This document shows, piece by piece, positions 38,343 to 48,834 of a DNA stretch of 64,000 nucleotides. The first letter of the stretch is position 1, and each line of letters starts with the position of its first letter. Made by a program: the position numbers and the translations under genes. The notes below the pieces were generated by a model. The model saw nothing but the letters and a program-made list of their open reading frames with translations, was not told where the DNA came from and searched no databases. This DNA is from Rhodoferax sp. (GTDB lineage: Bacteria > Pseudomonadota > Gammaproteobacteria > Burkholderiales > Burkholderiaceae_C). Where the stretch lies: positions 14,038 to 78,037 of the forward strand of contig JARXAM010000072.1 of assembly GCA_029865845.1 (NCBI GenBank), given 5' to 3'.

Positions 38343-38406
38343 CCGAGGGCAGCTACGGCATGCGCAGGGCATCCACGGCCTCTGCGGCTGGCGCGTAGCG
38401 CCTACG

Positions 38407-39228
38407 TCACCGCGGATGGAGCGAATCGTCCCACGACCCGCGCCCTCCATGGGCCAGGTACATATCGAGGTCAAACGATGCTTGTCGGTGGTTTCCCAGC
38501 TTGGCGTGTACCCAGCCACGGTCACGATACTCCGACCATGTTTGGGGCATTAGCAGCACCATGCGTTCCTGCACCGCGAGCAGTCGCACCCAATCTTGTT
38601 GCCCCCAATAGATTTCTTTCAGGTTGCGTAACAGTCGTGCCACAACGTCACGCGCACGGGCAGTTTGCAAATAACTCGCCAGTACCGCATCGCCACCGTC
38701 TGCCTGATGCATAGACAGCACAGGTTCCAGCAACTCGGTAAGGGCATCGCGGCTCAATGAGCGCCCAGTCAAGGGATCGAGAACAGCCACGCCCTTGGGC
38801 AAATTTACCTTGACCAGAAAATGGCCTGGAAAGTTCACACCTCGTGCATCCAAGCGCAAGCCCTGGGCGAGTTGCATCCATAACAAGCCCAGGGAAACAG
38901 GAATGCCACGGCGAGTGCGCAGCACGACGGAGAGAAAGCTATTGTCCGGGTCATGAAAGTTGTTGAGATTGCCTGCAAAGCCCAAATCAGCGTAGAAAAA
39001 CCGGTTCAAAGCCTGAAGGCGATAGGCATCCGGCGCATCGTCCGCTACACGCCGCCGCAGCCGCTCCAGCAACTTGTCCACTTCATCCAGCGTGGCCCCA
39101 AGATCCACGTCAGGGTATACATCTTGTGCCACCGCAAGCGCCGCTTCAAAAAGCGGGAATTCAGCATCGTCTTGCACCAGGTAACCAAAGTATTCCAATG
39201 GAGACGGCAACGAGAGCTTCAATTTCAC
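38407..39228 (-). CDS. SirB1/YchA family protein (transglutaminase-like + TPR)
   Basis: GFAGN, DPDNSFL, RRGIPVSL, GVNFPGHFLV, RLLRNLK, RDRG. Confidence 0.9.
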   Translation of the reverse strand: MKLKLSLPSPLEYFGYLVQDDAEFPLFEAALAVAQDVYPDVDLGATLDEVDKLLERLRRRVADDAPDAYRLQALNRFFYADLGFAGNLNNFHDPDNSFLSVVLRTRRGIPVSLGLLWMQLAQGLRLDARGVNFPGHFLVKVNLPKGVAVLDPLTGRSLSRDALTELLEPVLSMHQADGGDAVLASYLQTARARDVVARLLRNLKEIYWGQQDWVRLLAVQERMVLLMPQTWSEYRDRGWVHAKLGNHRQASFDLDMYLAHGGRGSWDDSLHPR

Positions 39229-39243
39229 ACCGCACCTCCTAGG

Positions 39244-40809
39244 TCAACGTCGCAAAAAGCTGCGCAGGTTGACTCTCACCAGCCTGAGCGAAACAAAATA
39301 CACCACCGCCGCGCCGACCAACGACAGGAACAAGCAACCAATGCGCAGCATGGGGTAGGCACGCAGTGCGATCCAGTCCACCAAGCCCACCGCCCACCCC
39401 AAATAGCCCACCAAGACTGCTGCGGCAAAGCCGACCTGAAGCAAAAATGTGAGCCATCCCTGCAGCGGCTGAAAACTGCCCCTGCGTATCAGGCCCACCA
39501 GCAGCCACCCCGCATTGAGCATCGCGCCCAGGCTGATGGACAGCGACAGCCCGGCATGCTGAAACTCTGGCACCAAAACAAGGTTAAGCAACTGGGTCGT
39601 CACAAGTACAACCACCGCAATCCGCACGGGTGTTTTGATGTCTTGGCTGGCGTAGTAGCCAGGCGCAAGCACCTTGATGGCCACAATGCCCACCAAGCCG
39701 ACCCCCCAACCCGAGAGAGCCCGGGTCGTTTGCAACACATCCAGCTCAGAAAACGCGCCGTAGTGATATAGGACGGACACGATGGGCTTTGCAAACACCA
39801 ACAAGCCCAAAGAGCAAGGTACTGCCAAAAGCACAACGACCCTCAGCCCCCAATCCAGCAAAGCAGAATAGCCAGCCGCATCATCCTGGGCACGGGCGCC
39901 TGCCAACTGCGGCATCAGCACGACCCCCAAAGCAACGCCCAGCATGGCCGTGGGGAACTCCATTAGACGGTCTGCGTAGGTGAGCCAGCTCACACTGCCG
40001 GTAGGCAGATGAGAAGCAATTTGGGTATTGATGAGCAAAGAAATTTGCGCCACGCTCACGCCCAGCAACGCAGGCAGCATAAATAGGCCGATACGACGGG
40101 TTTGCGGGTCGGCCAAAGCTTCCTTGAGTGCCACCGCGCCGAGCCCAAATCGCGGGAGCATGCCAATGCGGCTGAGAGCCGGTATCTGCACCAGCAGTTG
40201 CAGAAGTCCCCCCACCATCACCCCCACGGCCATCGCATAGATCGGCTCAATACCCTGACCCCGAAACCAAGGCACCAACAGCCATGCAGCAGCGATGGAG
40301 CTGATATTGAGCAAGACCGGAGTGGCCGCCGGAACCGCAAAGCGCTTCCAGGTGTTGAGCACACCAGACGACAGCGCCACCAAAGACATGAAGCCAATGT
40401 AGGGAAACATAAAGCGCGTCATGAACACCGCAGCCTCGTAACCCGCCGGATTTTTCTGCAGACCACTGGCCATCGCCCAGACCAGCAAGGGCGCCGCCAC
40501 AACGCCCACAATGCAAGTCAGCACCAAGGCACACAGCAACAACGACGCCACGTGGTCGACCAACCGTTTGGTGGCATCGTCCCCGTCTCGTGCCTTGCTG
40601 GCAGCCAACACCGGCACAAACGCTTGGCTAAAGGCACCCTCGGCAAACAAGCGCCGAAACAGGTTGGGGATGCGAAAGGCGACATTGAATGCGTCGGTCA
40701 TGGCGCTGGCGCCAAAGGCCGCAGCCATCAATAACTCGCGGGCCAGACCGGTGACGCGCGATGCCAGTGTCCACAAAGACACGGTAGATACAGATTTGAT
40801 GAGGCTCAC
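39244..40809 (-). CDS. murJ: Lipid II flippase MurJ
   Basis: SRVTGLARE, AFRIPNLFRRLFAEGAFSQAFVP, YADRLMEFP; GTG start. Confidence 0.96.
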   Translation of the reverse strand: MSLIKSVSTVSLWTLASRVTGLARELLMAAAFGASAMTDAFNVAFRIPNLFRRLFAEGAFSQAFVPVLAASKARDGDDATKRLVDHVASLLLCALVLTCIVGVVAAPLLVWAMASGLQKNPAGYEAAVFMTRFMFPYIGFMSLVALSSGVLNTWKRFAVPAATPVLLNISSIAAAWLLVPWFRGQGIEPIYAMAVGVMVGGLLQLLVQIPALSRIGMLPRFGLGAVALKEALADPQTRRIGLFMLPALLGVSVAQISLLINTQIASHLPTGSVSWLTYADRLMEFPTAMLGVALGVVLMPQLAGARAQDDAAGYSALLDWGLRVVVLLAVPCSLGLLVFAKPIVSVLYHYGAFSELDVLQTTRALSGWGVGLVGIVAIKVLAPGYYASQDIKTPVRIAVVVLVTTQLLNLVLVPEFQHAGLSLSISLGAMLNAGWLLVGLIRRGSFQPLQGWLTFLLQVGFAAAVLVGYLGWAVGLVDWIALRAYPMLRIGCLFLSLVGAAVVYFVSLRLVRVNLRSFLRR

Positions 40810-40939
40810 CGGCGGGAGTGTAGCCGCCCTCTTGGCCACCGAGCTGCGTTAGCGGCGAGGCGACACAGGCCTTGGGCGAGGCCCGATATATAATCGCTGG
40901 CTTTGCTGGCAACATCCTCCAACACAAGGAAACACAATC

Positions 40940-41239
40940 ATGGCATCTGGTAAACCCAAGAAAAAGAACCCGCGCCTGGCGTCGGGCCGTAAACGCGTCC
41001 GTCAGGACATCAAAATCAATGCAGCAAACACTTCTTTGCGTTCCAAGTACCGCACCGCGGTGAAGAACGTGGAAAAGGCAGTGGTGGCCGGTGACAAAAC
41101 CAAAGCCGCAGAATTGTTTGCCAAGATGCAAGCCGTGGTGGACACCGTGGCTGACAAAGGCATCTTCCACAAGAACAAAGCAGCACGCGACAAGAGCCGT
41201 TTGGCTTCCAAGGTGAAAGCCTTGGCCCTCGCAGCCTAA
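40940..41239 (+). CDS. rpsT: 30S ribosomal protein S20
   Basis: [26 protein letters not shown]; AAGGA RBS. Confidence 0.97.
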   Translation: MASGKPKKKNPRLASGRKRVRQDIKINAANTSLRSKYRTAVKNVEKAVVAGDKTKAAELFAKMQAVVDTVADKGIFHKNKAARDKSRLASKVKALALAA

Positions 41240-41309
41240 TCACTTAGGCAATCGCACGGACCTTGGCAACAAGGTTCGCCGTTTGTAAGGGTGCGCTGCC
41301 AGCAAAAGC

Positions 41310-41338
41310 AAAAAGCCGTTCATCTGAACGGCTTTTTT
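41310..41338. terminator. Intrinsic terminator between convergent rpsT and DUF3579
   Basis: AAAAAGCCGTTCA-TC-TGAACGGCTTTTTT. Confidence 0.88.
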
Positions 41339-41377
41339 GTTTGGACTGCCGGGAAGCAAGTTATTTGGACACAGGTC

Positions 41378-41707
41378 TTATTCGGACGCTGCCGGGCGGG
41401 CGGCGGGCGGTTCTGGTCGGGTCTCGCTGACTTGCAGTTCATTGTCACGCGCAAAGTTCAGGCAAAAATCCCAGGCCATGACGTCGTAATCGCGCAAATC
41501 CGCGTGCACGATGACACACTTTAGCTGTCCGATTGAGGTGGGAACACACCAAGGAGAGTAGCCAAGGTGGCTGCCGCGCGTGGCACCACCAGGGCGAAAT
41601 GGGCTCATCACTCCCGCCAAACGCTCCGCCCAGTCACTGGGGCGAAAGGTCTTGCCTTGCCGCGTGATTCCCAGGATGTAGAGTTCTTTTGGAGCAGTGG
41701 AGGCCAT
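41378..41707 (-). CDS. DUF3579 family protein
   Basis: GKTFRPSDWAERL, YSP, FARDNEL. Confidence 0.88.
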   Translation of the reverse strand: MASTAPKELYILGITRQGKTFRPSDWAERLAGVMSPFRPGGATRGSHLGYSPWCVPTSIGQLKCVIVHADLRDYDVMAWDFCLNFARDNELQVSETRPEPPAARPAASE

Positions 41708-41948
41708 CAGTACGTGCGATAAATCAGAGGGCGGAACACCCGAAAAAGTCAGTGCTGCGCCGCACAAGAATTCTACCCGCTCCATCGTCAGATAGATCGC
41801 AAAGTCGGCCCGTCCGCACGCATCAGAGTGATGTGGATTTGTCACGAAACCGCCATCCCGTGTACCCCTAAAATCAGACTTCAACGGCCCGACTGGCCCT
41901 TGCAGCAGTCGGGTCGATTTGTTTTTTTGTTCAATCCGGAGTTATCGC

Positions 41949-43181
41949 ATGACCGCCGCCACGCATTCGACCGCCGCCCCCGCAGCGCCGTCTTCACCCC
42001 ACGTGATGAACACCTACGGCCGACTGCCCATCGCCTTGAGCCATGGCCAAGGATGCCGCGTGTGGGACGTCAATGGCAAAGAGTACCTGGACGCCCTGGG
42101 CGGCATTGCCGTCAACACCCTGGGCCACAACCACCCCCAGTTGGTGCCCGCACTGCAAGACCAACTCACCAAGCTGATCCACACCTCCAACTATTACCAC
42201 GTCCCCTTGCAGGAAGAGCTGGCCAAGCTGCTGGTAGAGCGCTCTGGTATGTCCCATGTGTTTTTCTGCTCCACCGGCTTGGAAGCCAACGAAGCGGCCT
42301 TGAAACTAGCCCGCAAATTTGGCCACGACAAGGGGATAGAGCGCCCCGAAGTGGTGGTGTACGAAAAAGCCTTTCATGGTCGCTCCATTGCCACCCTGAG
42401 TGCTACCGGCAACCCCAAAGTACAGGCCGGTTTCGGTCCGCTGGTGGAAGGCTTTATCCGGGTGCCGGTCAACAACATCGAAGCCCTCAAGGCCGCCACG
42501 GAAGGCAACCCCAACGTCGTGGCCGTGTTTTTTGAAGCCATTCAGGGCGAAGGCGGCGTGAACCCCATGCACATGGACTACTTGCGCGACGTGCGCACCC
42601 TGTGCGACCAACGCGACTGGCTGCTGATGATCGACGAAGTGCAGTGCGGCATGGGCCGCACGGGCAAGTGGTTTGCCCACCAGTGGGCAGGCATCCAGCC
42701 GGATGTGATGCCTCTGGCCAAAGGCCTGGGCTCCGGTGTGCCGGTGGGCGCGGTGGTGGTGGGCCCCAAAGCGGCCACCATTTTCCAACCCGGCAACCAC
42801 GGCTCCACGTTTGGCGGCAACCCGCTGTCCATGCGTGCCGGAGTAGAAACCATACGCATCATGGAAGCCGAGGGACTGCTAGCCAATGCCCAGACGGTAG
42901 GCGCGCACCTCAAAGCCGGACTCGAGACCGCTTTGAAGGCCGAAATCGCCAACGGCGGTGTAAAGGAAGTGCGTGGCCAGGGCCTGATGCTGGGCCTGGA
43001 GTTGTCCAAGCCCTGCGGTGCCTTGGTGCAGCGCGCAGCCGACGCAGGCCTGCTGATCAGCGTCACCGCTGACACGGTAGTGCGTATGGTGCCACCGCTG
43101 ATTTTGAGTGTGCCAGAGGCGGATGAGATCATCGCCATCCTTGCGCCCCTGATTGCTGCCTTTTTGAAAGAAACCGCATGA
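41949..43181 (+). CDS. argD: Acetylornithine aminotransferase
   Basis: GLEANEAA, FHGRS, EAIQGEGG, DEVQCG, AKGLG, HGSTFGGNP; upstream of argF. Confidence 0.93.
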   Translation: MTAATHSTAAPAAPSSPHVMNTYGRLPIALSHGQGCRVWDVNGKEYLDALGGIAVNTLGHNHPQLVPALQDQLTKLIHTSNYYHVPLQEELAKLLVERSGMSHVFFCSTGLEANEAALKLARKFGHDKGIERPEVVVYEKAFHGRSIATLSATGNPKVQAGFGPLVEGFIRVPVNNIEALKAATEGNPNVVAVFFEAIQGEGGVNPMHMDYLRDVRTLCDQRDWLLMIDEVQCGMGRTGKWFAHQWAGIQPDVMPLAKGLGSGVPVGAVVVGPKAATIFQPGNHGSTFGGNPLSMRAGVETIRIMEAEGLLANAQTVGAHLKAGLETALKAEIANGGVKEVRGQGLMLGLELSKPCGALVQRAADAGLLISVTADTVVRMVPPLILSVPEADEIIAILAPLIAAFLKETA

Positions 43182-44149
43182 GCCTCTCCAGCAACGCCGT
43201 CCCCAGCACCCTGCCCCAAGGCGCGCCGCCGGTGCGGCACTACCTGCAGTTTGACGACTTTACTGCTGACGAATACGCCTACCTGCTGGAGCGCACTGCG
43301 TTCATCAAAGCCAAGTTCAAGCGCTTTGAGCGCCACCATACGCTGATGGACCGCACTTTGGCCATGATTTTCGAAAAGGCGTCCACCCGCACGCGCGTGA
43401 GCTTCGAGGCCGGCATGTACCAATTGGGCGGCAGCGTGGTGCACCTCACTACCGGCGACAGCCAACTGGGACGCTCCGAACCGATCGAGGACAGCGCCAA
43501 GGTCATCAGCCGCATGACCGACATCGTGATGATCCGCACCTACGAGCAAACCAAGCTGCAAGCCTTTGCTGCCAACTCGCGGGTGCCCGTCATCAACGGC
43601 CTGACCAACGAATTCCACCCCTGCCAGATCCTGGCGGACATCTTTACCTACATCGAGCACCGGGGCCCCATCCAGGGCAAGACCGTGACGTGGGTGGGCG
43701 ATGGCAACAACATGGCCAACACCTGGCTGCAGGCCGCCGCCAAACTGGGCTTCCACCTGCGCGTGTCCACCCCCAGTGGCTATGAAGTCAACGAAAAACT
43801 GGCTGCAAGCGCCGGTGGAATGGGTGCAGGCAGCTACAAAACTTACAGCGATCCCATGGAAGCCTGCCAAGGCGCCGACCTGATCACCACCGATGTGTGG
43901 ACCAGCATGGGCTTTGAGGCCGAAAACGAAGTCCGCCGCAAAGCCTTTGCCGCCTGGTGCGTAGACCGCAAGATGATGGCGGTCGCTGCGCCCAACGCCC
44001 TCTTCATGCACTGCCTGCCCGCCCACCGTGGCGAAGAGGTGGAGGCCGAAGTCATCGACGGCCCGCAAAGCGTGGTCTGGGATGAAGCCGAAAACCGCAT
44101 GCACGTGCAAAAGGCGCTCATGGAGTACCTGCTGCTGGGCAAGCTTTGA
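43178..44149 (+). CDS. argF: Ornithine carbamoyltransferase
   Basis: STRTR, HPCQILAD, GDGNN, WTSMG, HCLPA. Confidence 0.97.
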   Translation: MSLSSNAVPSTLPQGAPPVRHYLQFDDFTADEYAYLLERTAFIKAKFKRFERHHTLMDRTLAMIFEKASTRTRVSFEAGMYQLGGSVVHLTTGDSQLGRSEPIEDSAKVISRMTDIVMIRTYEQTKLQAFAANSRVPVINGLTNEFHPCQILADIFTYIEHRGPIQGKTVTWVGDGNNMANTWLQAAAKLGFHLRVSTPSGYEVNEKLAASAGGMGAGSYKTYSDPMEACQGADLITTDVWTSMGFEAENEVRRKAFAAWCVDRKMMAVAAPNALFMHCLPAHRGEEVEAEVIDGPQSVVWDEAENRMHVQKALMEYLLLGKL

Positions 44150-44161
44150 CAGGATTTCACC

Positions 44162-44575
44162 ATGCTTGATCACATGACATTTCGCGTCAGCGACATTGCC
44201 GCCAGCAAGGTTTTTTATACCGCTGCGCTGGCCCCGCTGGGCTATACCCTCCTCGTCGAAGCCAACTACGGCAGCAACTTGCTGGGCTACGGCACCCTCG
44301 ATGCCAACAACCCCAGTGGTCACAAGATAGACACTTGGTTCATCGATGGAGCATCGCCCTACGGCGGTCACGCCACCACCACAGGCTGCCATCTGTGTTG
44401 GTCGGCACCCAGCCGCGATGCAGTGGACGCCTTTTATGCGGCCGCACTGGCGCATGGCGGGCGAGACAACGGTGCTCCGGGGCTGCGCCCCCACTACCAC
44501 CCTCACTATTACGGCGCCTTTGTGATCGACCTCGACGGAAACAACATCGAAGCCGTCTGCCACGCCCCCACATGA
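44162..44575 (+). CDS. VOC/glyoxalase family protein
   Basis: MLDHMT, GGRDNGAPGLRPHY, YYGAFVIDLDGNNIEAV. Confidence 0.92.
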   Translation: MLDHMTFRVSDIAASKVFYTAALAPLGYTLLVEANYGSNLLGYGTLDANNPSGHKIDTWFIDGASPYGGHATTTGCHLCWSAPSRDAVDAFYAAALAHGGRDNGAPGLRPHYHPHYYGAFVIDLDGNNIEAVCHAPT

Positions 44576-44877
44576 GCGCCTGCACCACCTGCGGTGCATG
44601 CTGCGCAAGCTTCCGTGTAGAGTTTTCGGTCTACGAGATGGACTTGGCCGGTGGTACCGTGCCCGTCGGTCTTGCGCATGAGGTCAGTGGCAACCGATGG
44701 CGCATGAATGGCACTTCAGAAGTGCCCATACGTTGTACCGCGCTTACCGGCACGGTGGGTGAGCAAGTCGGGTGCAGCATCTACGCACTGCGCCCCGCGC
44801 CGTGCCATGAGCTGACAGAAGGCAGCGAAGCCTGCGCAAGGGCCCGCGCCAAATGCGGACTGCCCGCGCTTGCATAA
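44572..44877 (+). CDS. YkgJ family cysteine cluster protein
   Basis: CTTCGACC, RCTAL, CSIYALRPAPC; ATGA overlap with the VOC gene. Confidence 0.9.
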   Translation: MSACTTCGACCASFRVEFSVYEMDLAGGTVPVGLAHEVSGNRWRMNGTSEVPIRCTALTGTVGEQVGCSIYALRPAPCHELTEGSEACARARAKCGLPALA

Positions 44878-44883
44878 AGCGAT

Positions 44884-45360
44884 TCAGTCCAGCGGCACCG
44901 GCAAATCCGCCATCTGCCCCTTGAATTCCTGCAGCGAAAAATGCGACTGCACCTGCCGCACGCCCGGCAGGCGGTGCAGCTTGCGTTGCAACAACTCTGA
45001 ATAGTGGTCCAGGTCGCGGGCCACCATGCCCACCAAAAAGTCGGCCTGCCCCGAGATGGCATGAAACTGCACCACCTCCGGAATCTCGGCTACCGCCTGC
45101 ACAAAGGCTTGTGACGAGGTTTCGTTCTGGTGGTCAATGCCGATCAGCACAAACGCCAGCACGCTGTAGCCCAGCGCCCGCCGGTCCAGTGCGGCGTGGT
45201 AACCCTTGATGGTGCCGGACTCCTCCAGCTGCTTGACGCGCCGCCAGGTAGGTGACTGCGACAAATGGGCCATCTGTGCCAGCTCGCCCGAGGTGAGGCG
45301 CGCGTTGTCTTGCAGAGCCCGCAGCAACAGGCGGTCGGCTTTATCGGTAACTGGTTGCAT
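44884..45360 (-). CDS. Lrp/AsnC family regulator (KynR-like by context)
   Basis: DRLLLRALQDNAR HTH, RRVKQLEESG, GQADF; divergent from kynU. Confidence 0.9.
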   Translation of the reverse strand: MQPVTDKADRLLLRALQDNARLTSGELAQMAHLSQSPTWRRVKQLEESGTIKGYHAALDRRALGYSVLAFVLIGIDHQNETSSQAFVQAVAEIPEVVQFHAISGQADFLVGMVARDLDHYSELLQRKLHRLPGVRQVQSHFSLQEFKGQMADLPVPLD

Positions 45361-45385
45361 AAATTTTTCTCAAATTACTCAATAA

Positions 45386-45400
45386 AGACTAATTTAGTCT
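45386..45400. promoter_or_regulatory. Putative operator for the Lrp-type regulator
   Basis: AGACTAA-T-TTAGTCT perfect palindrome in the AT-rich divergent promoter region. Confidence 0.45.
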
Positions 45401-45483
45401 ATTTTTTAAATATAGAAGATTAAATATAAACATTTCAAAGCCCTCAACACATAATTTAGCAAAACCACTCTCATCGAGACACC

Positions 45484-46791
45484 ATGACTACCGCCCTCAC
45501 CCTGAACGACTGCCGCGCCCGGGATGCGGCCGACACCTTGCGCCCACTGCGCGACCTGTTCGATATTCCCGAGGGCGTGATTTACCTGGACGGCAACTCG
45601 CTGGGCGTGATGCCCAAAACCGCCGCCGCGTGCGCTGCTGAAGTCGTCACGCAAGAGTGGGGCCAGGGCCTGATCCGCTCCTGGAACACTGCCGGCTGGT
45701 TCAGCCTGCCGCAGCGCCTGGGCAACCGCATTGCCCCGCTGATTGGCGCGGATGCGGATGAAGTGGTGGCCACCGACAGCACGTCCATCAACTTGGTCAA
45801 GTTGCTGTCTGCTGCCCTGACCATCGCCGCGCAGGACGCGCCTGAACGCAAGCTCATCGTGAGCGAGCGCAGCAACTTCCCCACCGACCTTTACATCGCC
45901 GAAGGTCTGTGCAAAGAGCGCGGCTACACCCTCAAACTGGTGGAGCCCGACGAGCTTGCCGCAGCACTCAGCGCTGATGTAGCCGTGCTCATGCTCACCC
46001 ACGTGAACTACCGCACCGGTGCCATGCACGACATGCCTGCGGTGACCGCCGCCGCCCACGCCGCCGGTGCCTTGATGATTTGGGACCTGGCCCACAGCGC
46101 GGGTGCCGTGCCGGTGACACTCAAAGCCTCGGGCGCCGACTTCTCGGTGGGCTGCGGCTACAAATACCTGAACGGTGGCCCCGGTGCCCCCGCCTTTGTG
46201 TGGGTGCACCCCCAGCACGCCGAGCGCTTTTGGCAACCCCTGGCCGGCTGGTGGGGCCACGCGGCACCTTTTGCCTTCACGCCCGATTACCAACCCGCCC
46301 CCGGCATCACCCGCTACCTGTGCGGCACCCAACCCATCGTCAGCATGTCGCTCTTGAGCTGCGGCCTGGAAGGCTTTGAGGCAGCTGAAAAACTGGGGGG
46401 CATGGCGGCCTTGCGCGCCAAATCGCTGGCGTTGACGGACCTGTTCATCCAGCTGGTGGAAGAGCGCTGCCAGGGCTACGGCCTGGGCCTGGCAACCCCG
46501 CGTGAGCATACCCAGCGCGGCTCGCAGGTGTGCCTGACGCGCGAGCACAGGGCGGGTGGCGAATGGGGCTCCGGCGCTTTTGCCATCGTGCAGGCGCTGA
46601 TTTCACGCGGCGTCATTGGCGACTACCGCGCGGGTGACGGCGGCGTCCACAAAGATATCTTGCGCTTTGGGTTTACGCCGCTGTACATCGGGTTTGAAGA
46701 CGTGTGGAACGCGGTGGAGCATTTGCGGCAAGTGCTGGAAACGGGCGAGTGGCAAAAGCCCGAGTTCAACCAGAAGCATGCGGTGACCTGA
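45484..46791 (+). CDS. kynU: Kynureninase
   Basis: [40 protein letters not shown]. Confidence 0.96.
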   Translation: MTTALTLNDCRARDAADTLRPLRDLFDIPEGVIYLDGNSLGVMPKTAAACAAEVVTQEWGQGLIRSWNTAGWFSLPQRLGNRIAPLIGADADEVVATDSTSINLVKLLSAALTIAAQDAPERKLIVSERSNFPTDLYIAEGLCKERGYTLKLVEPDELAAALSADVAVLMLTHVNYRTGAMHDMPAVTAAAHAAGALMIWDLAHSAGAVPVTLKASGADFSVGCGYKYLNGGPGAPAFVWVHPQHAERFWQPLAGWWGHAAPFAFTPDYQPAPGITRYLCGTQPIVSMSLLSCGLEGFEAAEKLGGMAALRAKSLALTDLFIQLVEERCQGYGLGLATPREHTQRGSQVCLTREHRAGGEWGSGAFAIVQALISRGVIGDYRAGDGGVHKDILRFGFTPLYIGFEDVWNAVEHLRQVLETGEWQKPEFNQKHAVT

Positions 46792-46806
46792 CATTGGTTT
46801 GCGTGC

Positions 46807-46891
46807 GAGGCGGACGGGCTCCGGGGGCCCGGGCCTCATCAGATCCTTCGGATCAGCAAATCGGCCCAGTCCCCCGGAGCCCCTCCACCTC
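46807..46891. repeat. GC-rich intercistronic stem-loop
   Basis: GGGCTCCGGGGG (46816-46827) pairs with CCCCCGGAGCCC (46871-46882); outer and inner stems extend it. Confidence 0.7.
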
Positions 46892-46902
46892 TTGGATCAC
46901 CA

Positions 46903-47742
46903 ATGACATCTACCGAAAAAATCGTCGCTGACGAAAAAGCCCAGCTCGACTTCAGCAAAACCATGAGCTATGGCGACTACCTGCAGATCGACACCATCTT
47001 GGGGGCGCAGAAACCACTGTCGCCCACGCATGACGAACTGCTCTTCATCATCCAGCACCAGACCAGCGAGCTGTGGATGAAGCTTATGCTGCATGAGCTC
47101 ACCGCTGCTATGGCGCACATCGCGCAAGACGACTTGCCGCCCGCCTTCAAGATGCTTGCGCGTGTGAGCAAAATCATGGAGCAGCTGGTGCACGCCTGGG
47201 ACGTGCTGGCCACCATGACGCCACCCGAGTACACCGCCATGCGGCCTTACTTGGGCCAGAGCAGCGGTTTCCAGAGCTTTCAGTACCGCTGCATCGAGTT
47301 CTCACTAGGCAACAAAAACGCCGCCATGCTCAAGCCCCATGCCCATGCGCCCGAGCGGCTAGCGCTGGTACAGGCCGCGTATGAAGCGCCGTCTTTGTAC
47401 GACGAAGCCCTCAAGCTCATGGCCCGCCGCGGCATTGCCGTGCCCGCCAGCCACCTGCAGCGCGACTGGACCCAGCCCTACGCTGCCAGCCCCGAAGTAG
47501 AAGCCGCCTGGCTGCAGGTCTACCGCGACCCCAAAGCCCATTGGGACCTGTACCAACTGGCCGAGGAGCTGACCGATCTGGAAGACGCCTTCCGCCTCTG
47601 GCGCTTCCGCCACGTCACCACCGTGGAGCGCGTCATCGGCTTCAAACGCGGCACCGGGGGCACCGGCGGCGTGAGCTACTTGCGCAAGATGCTGGACGTG
47701 GTGCTGTTCCCCGAGATCTGGACGCTTCGGACCGCGCTGTAG
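46903..47742 (+). CDS. kynA: Tryptophan 2,3-dioxygenase
   Basis: [40 protein letters not shown]. Confidence 0.97.
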   Translation: MTSTEKIVADEKAQLDFSKTMSYGDYLQIDTILGAQKPLSPTHDELLFIIQHQTSELWMKLMLHELTAAMAHIAQDDLPPAFKMLARVSKIMEQLVHAWDVLATMTPPEYTAMRPYLGQSSGFQSFQYRCIEFSLGNKNAAMLKPHAHAPERLALVQAAYEAPSLYDEALKLMARRGIAVPASHLQRDWTQPYAASPEVEAAWLQVYRDPKAHWDLYQLAEELTDLEDAFRLWRFRHVTTVERVIGFKRGTGGTGGVSYLRKMLDVVLFPEIWTLRTAL

Positions 47743-47823
47743 CCAGTTTTCAAGTCCAATAGGCCGCCTGTGCTTGCAAGAAATTGGTGAGCACGTCATG
47801 CGGTCAGCATCACCGGCAACCAC

Positions 47824-48783
47824 CTAGGGATGTTCGTGCGCAGCGTCGGGCAAAGCATGGCCCCAGAACAACATGGCGTCGCGTCCAGACAGCGCCAAAT
47901 CAACCTGCGCGCCCACAGGCAACAACACTTTGGTCTGCACGTGCCCGTAGGGAAGGTTGGTTAACACAGGCACCGTTGTGTGGGTCCGAATCCACTCCAC
48001 AACACGGGCCATTTTGAAACCACGATCGTGCCCCACCAAACGGTAGCCCGTGAACTGCCCTAACACGATCGCTCGTTGACGCCCTAGCACCCCGGCACGC
48101 AGCAACTGGGTCAGCATACGTTCGACACGGTAGGGGTGCTCGCCTACGTCTTCCAAAAAGAGAACGCCGCCGTCTACTTGCGGAAAAAATGGTGTGCCTA
48201 ACAAGCTGGTGAGCACCGTGAGGTTGCCGCCCCACAGAATCGCGTCGGTGGCAATGGCCGTGTCGTCTGCCGGCAGGTATCCGGATGCATCCTGCCGCCA
48301 GCCTGCCCCCTCGCCCTGCCCCAGCATCAGGTCTTGAAAGCAGTCTTCCATGATGTCGTCGGGCACCAGGCCGTCGGCCCCACCCACGCCAAAGCCCTCG
48401 CACAACGCAGGCCCCGCCCACGTGCACCGCCCTGTCTGCGCCAACACGGCGGACTGGAACGCAGTGAAGTCGCTGATCCCTACAAAATGCATGCCGCCGT
48501 CAATCGCGTGGGCCACCTCAGCATAGGCAATGCGGTCCAGAATGCGGGTCAGGCCATAGCCCCCCCGGCTGATCAGCGCTACATCCGCACCACTGGCACA
48601 TGCCCGGGTGATGGATCGAAGGCGCGTGTCATCGTCGCCGGCAAAGCGGGTAAACCGGGTCAGGGCATCTGCGTCCACCTCGACGGCATAACCCAGCTGG
48701 GTCAAGCGGCGCACACCACGCTTGAACGCAACTTTGTCCTGCACAGCCCCGGAGGGCGAATAAATATAGACAGATTTTTTCAC
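47824..48783 (-). CDS. ldcA: Muramoyltetrapeptide (LD-)carboxypeptidase, S66 family
   Basis: RGGYG, GISDFT, GGNL, LEDVGE, YGH; GTG start. Confidence 0.9.
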   Translation of the reverse strand: MKKSVYIYSPSGAVQDKVAFKRGVRRLTQLGYAVEVDADALTRFTRFAGDDDTRLRSITRACASGADVALISRGGYGLTRILDRIAYAEVAHAIDGGMHFVGISDFTAFQSAVLAQTGRCTWAGPALCEGFGVGGADGLVPDDIMEDCFQDLMLGQGEGAGWRQDASGYLPADDTAIATDAILWGGNLTVLTSLLGTPFFPQVDGGVLFLEDVGEHPYRVERMLTQLLRAGVLGRQRAIVLGQFTGYRLVGHDRGFKMARVVEWIRTHTTVPVLTNLPYGHVQTKVLLPVGAQVDLALSGRDAMLFWGHALPDAAHEHP

Positions 48784-48834
48784 CGGCCCATTATCGCCAC
48801 GCATCGCACCCAAGGGCCCACAAGCAGCGCCGGA

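Noticed and set aside
38407-39228. SirB1 as a further active transglutaminase of the ligase system
   Set aside because: Lacks the catalytic Cys (RRGIP) and sits in its ordinary position after murJ
42578-44608. 676-aa ORF antisense to argD/argF/VOC
   Set aside because: Shadow frame of strongly GC3-biased real genes; no recognisable motifs
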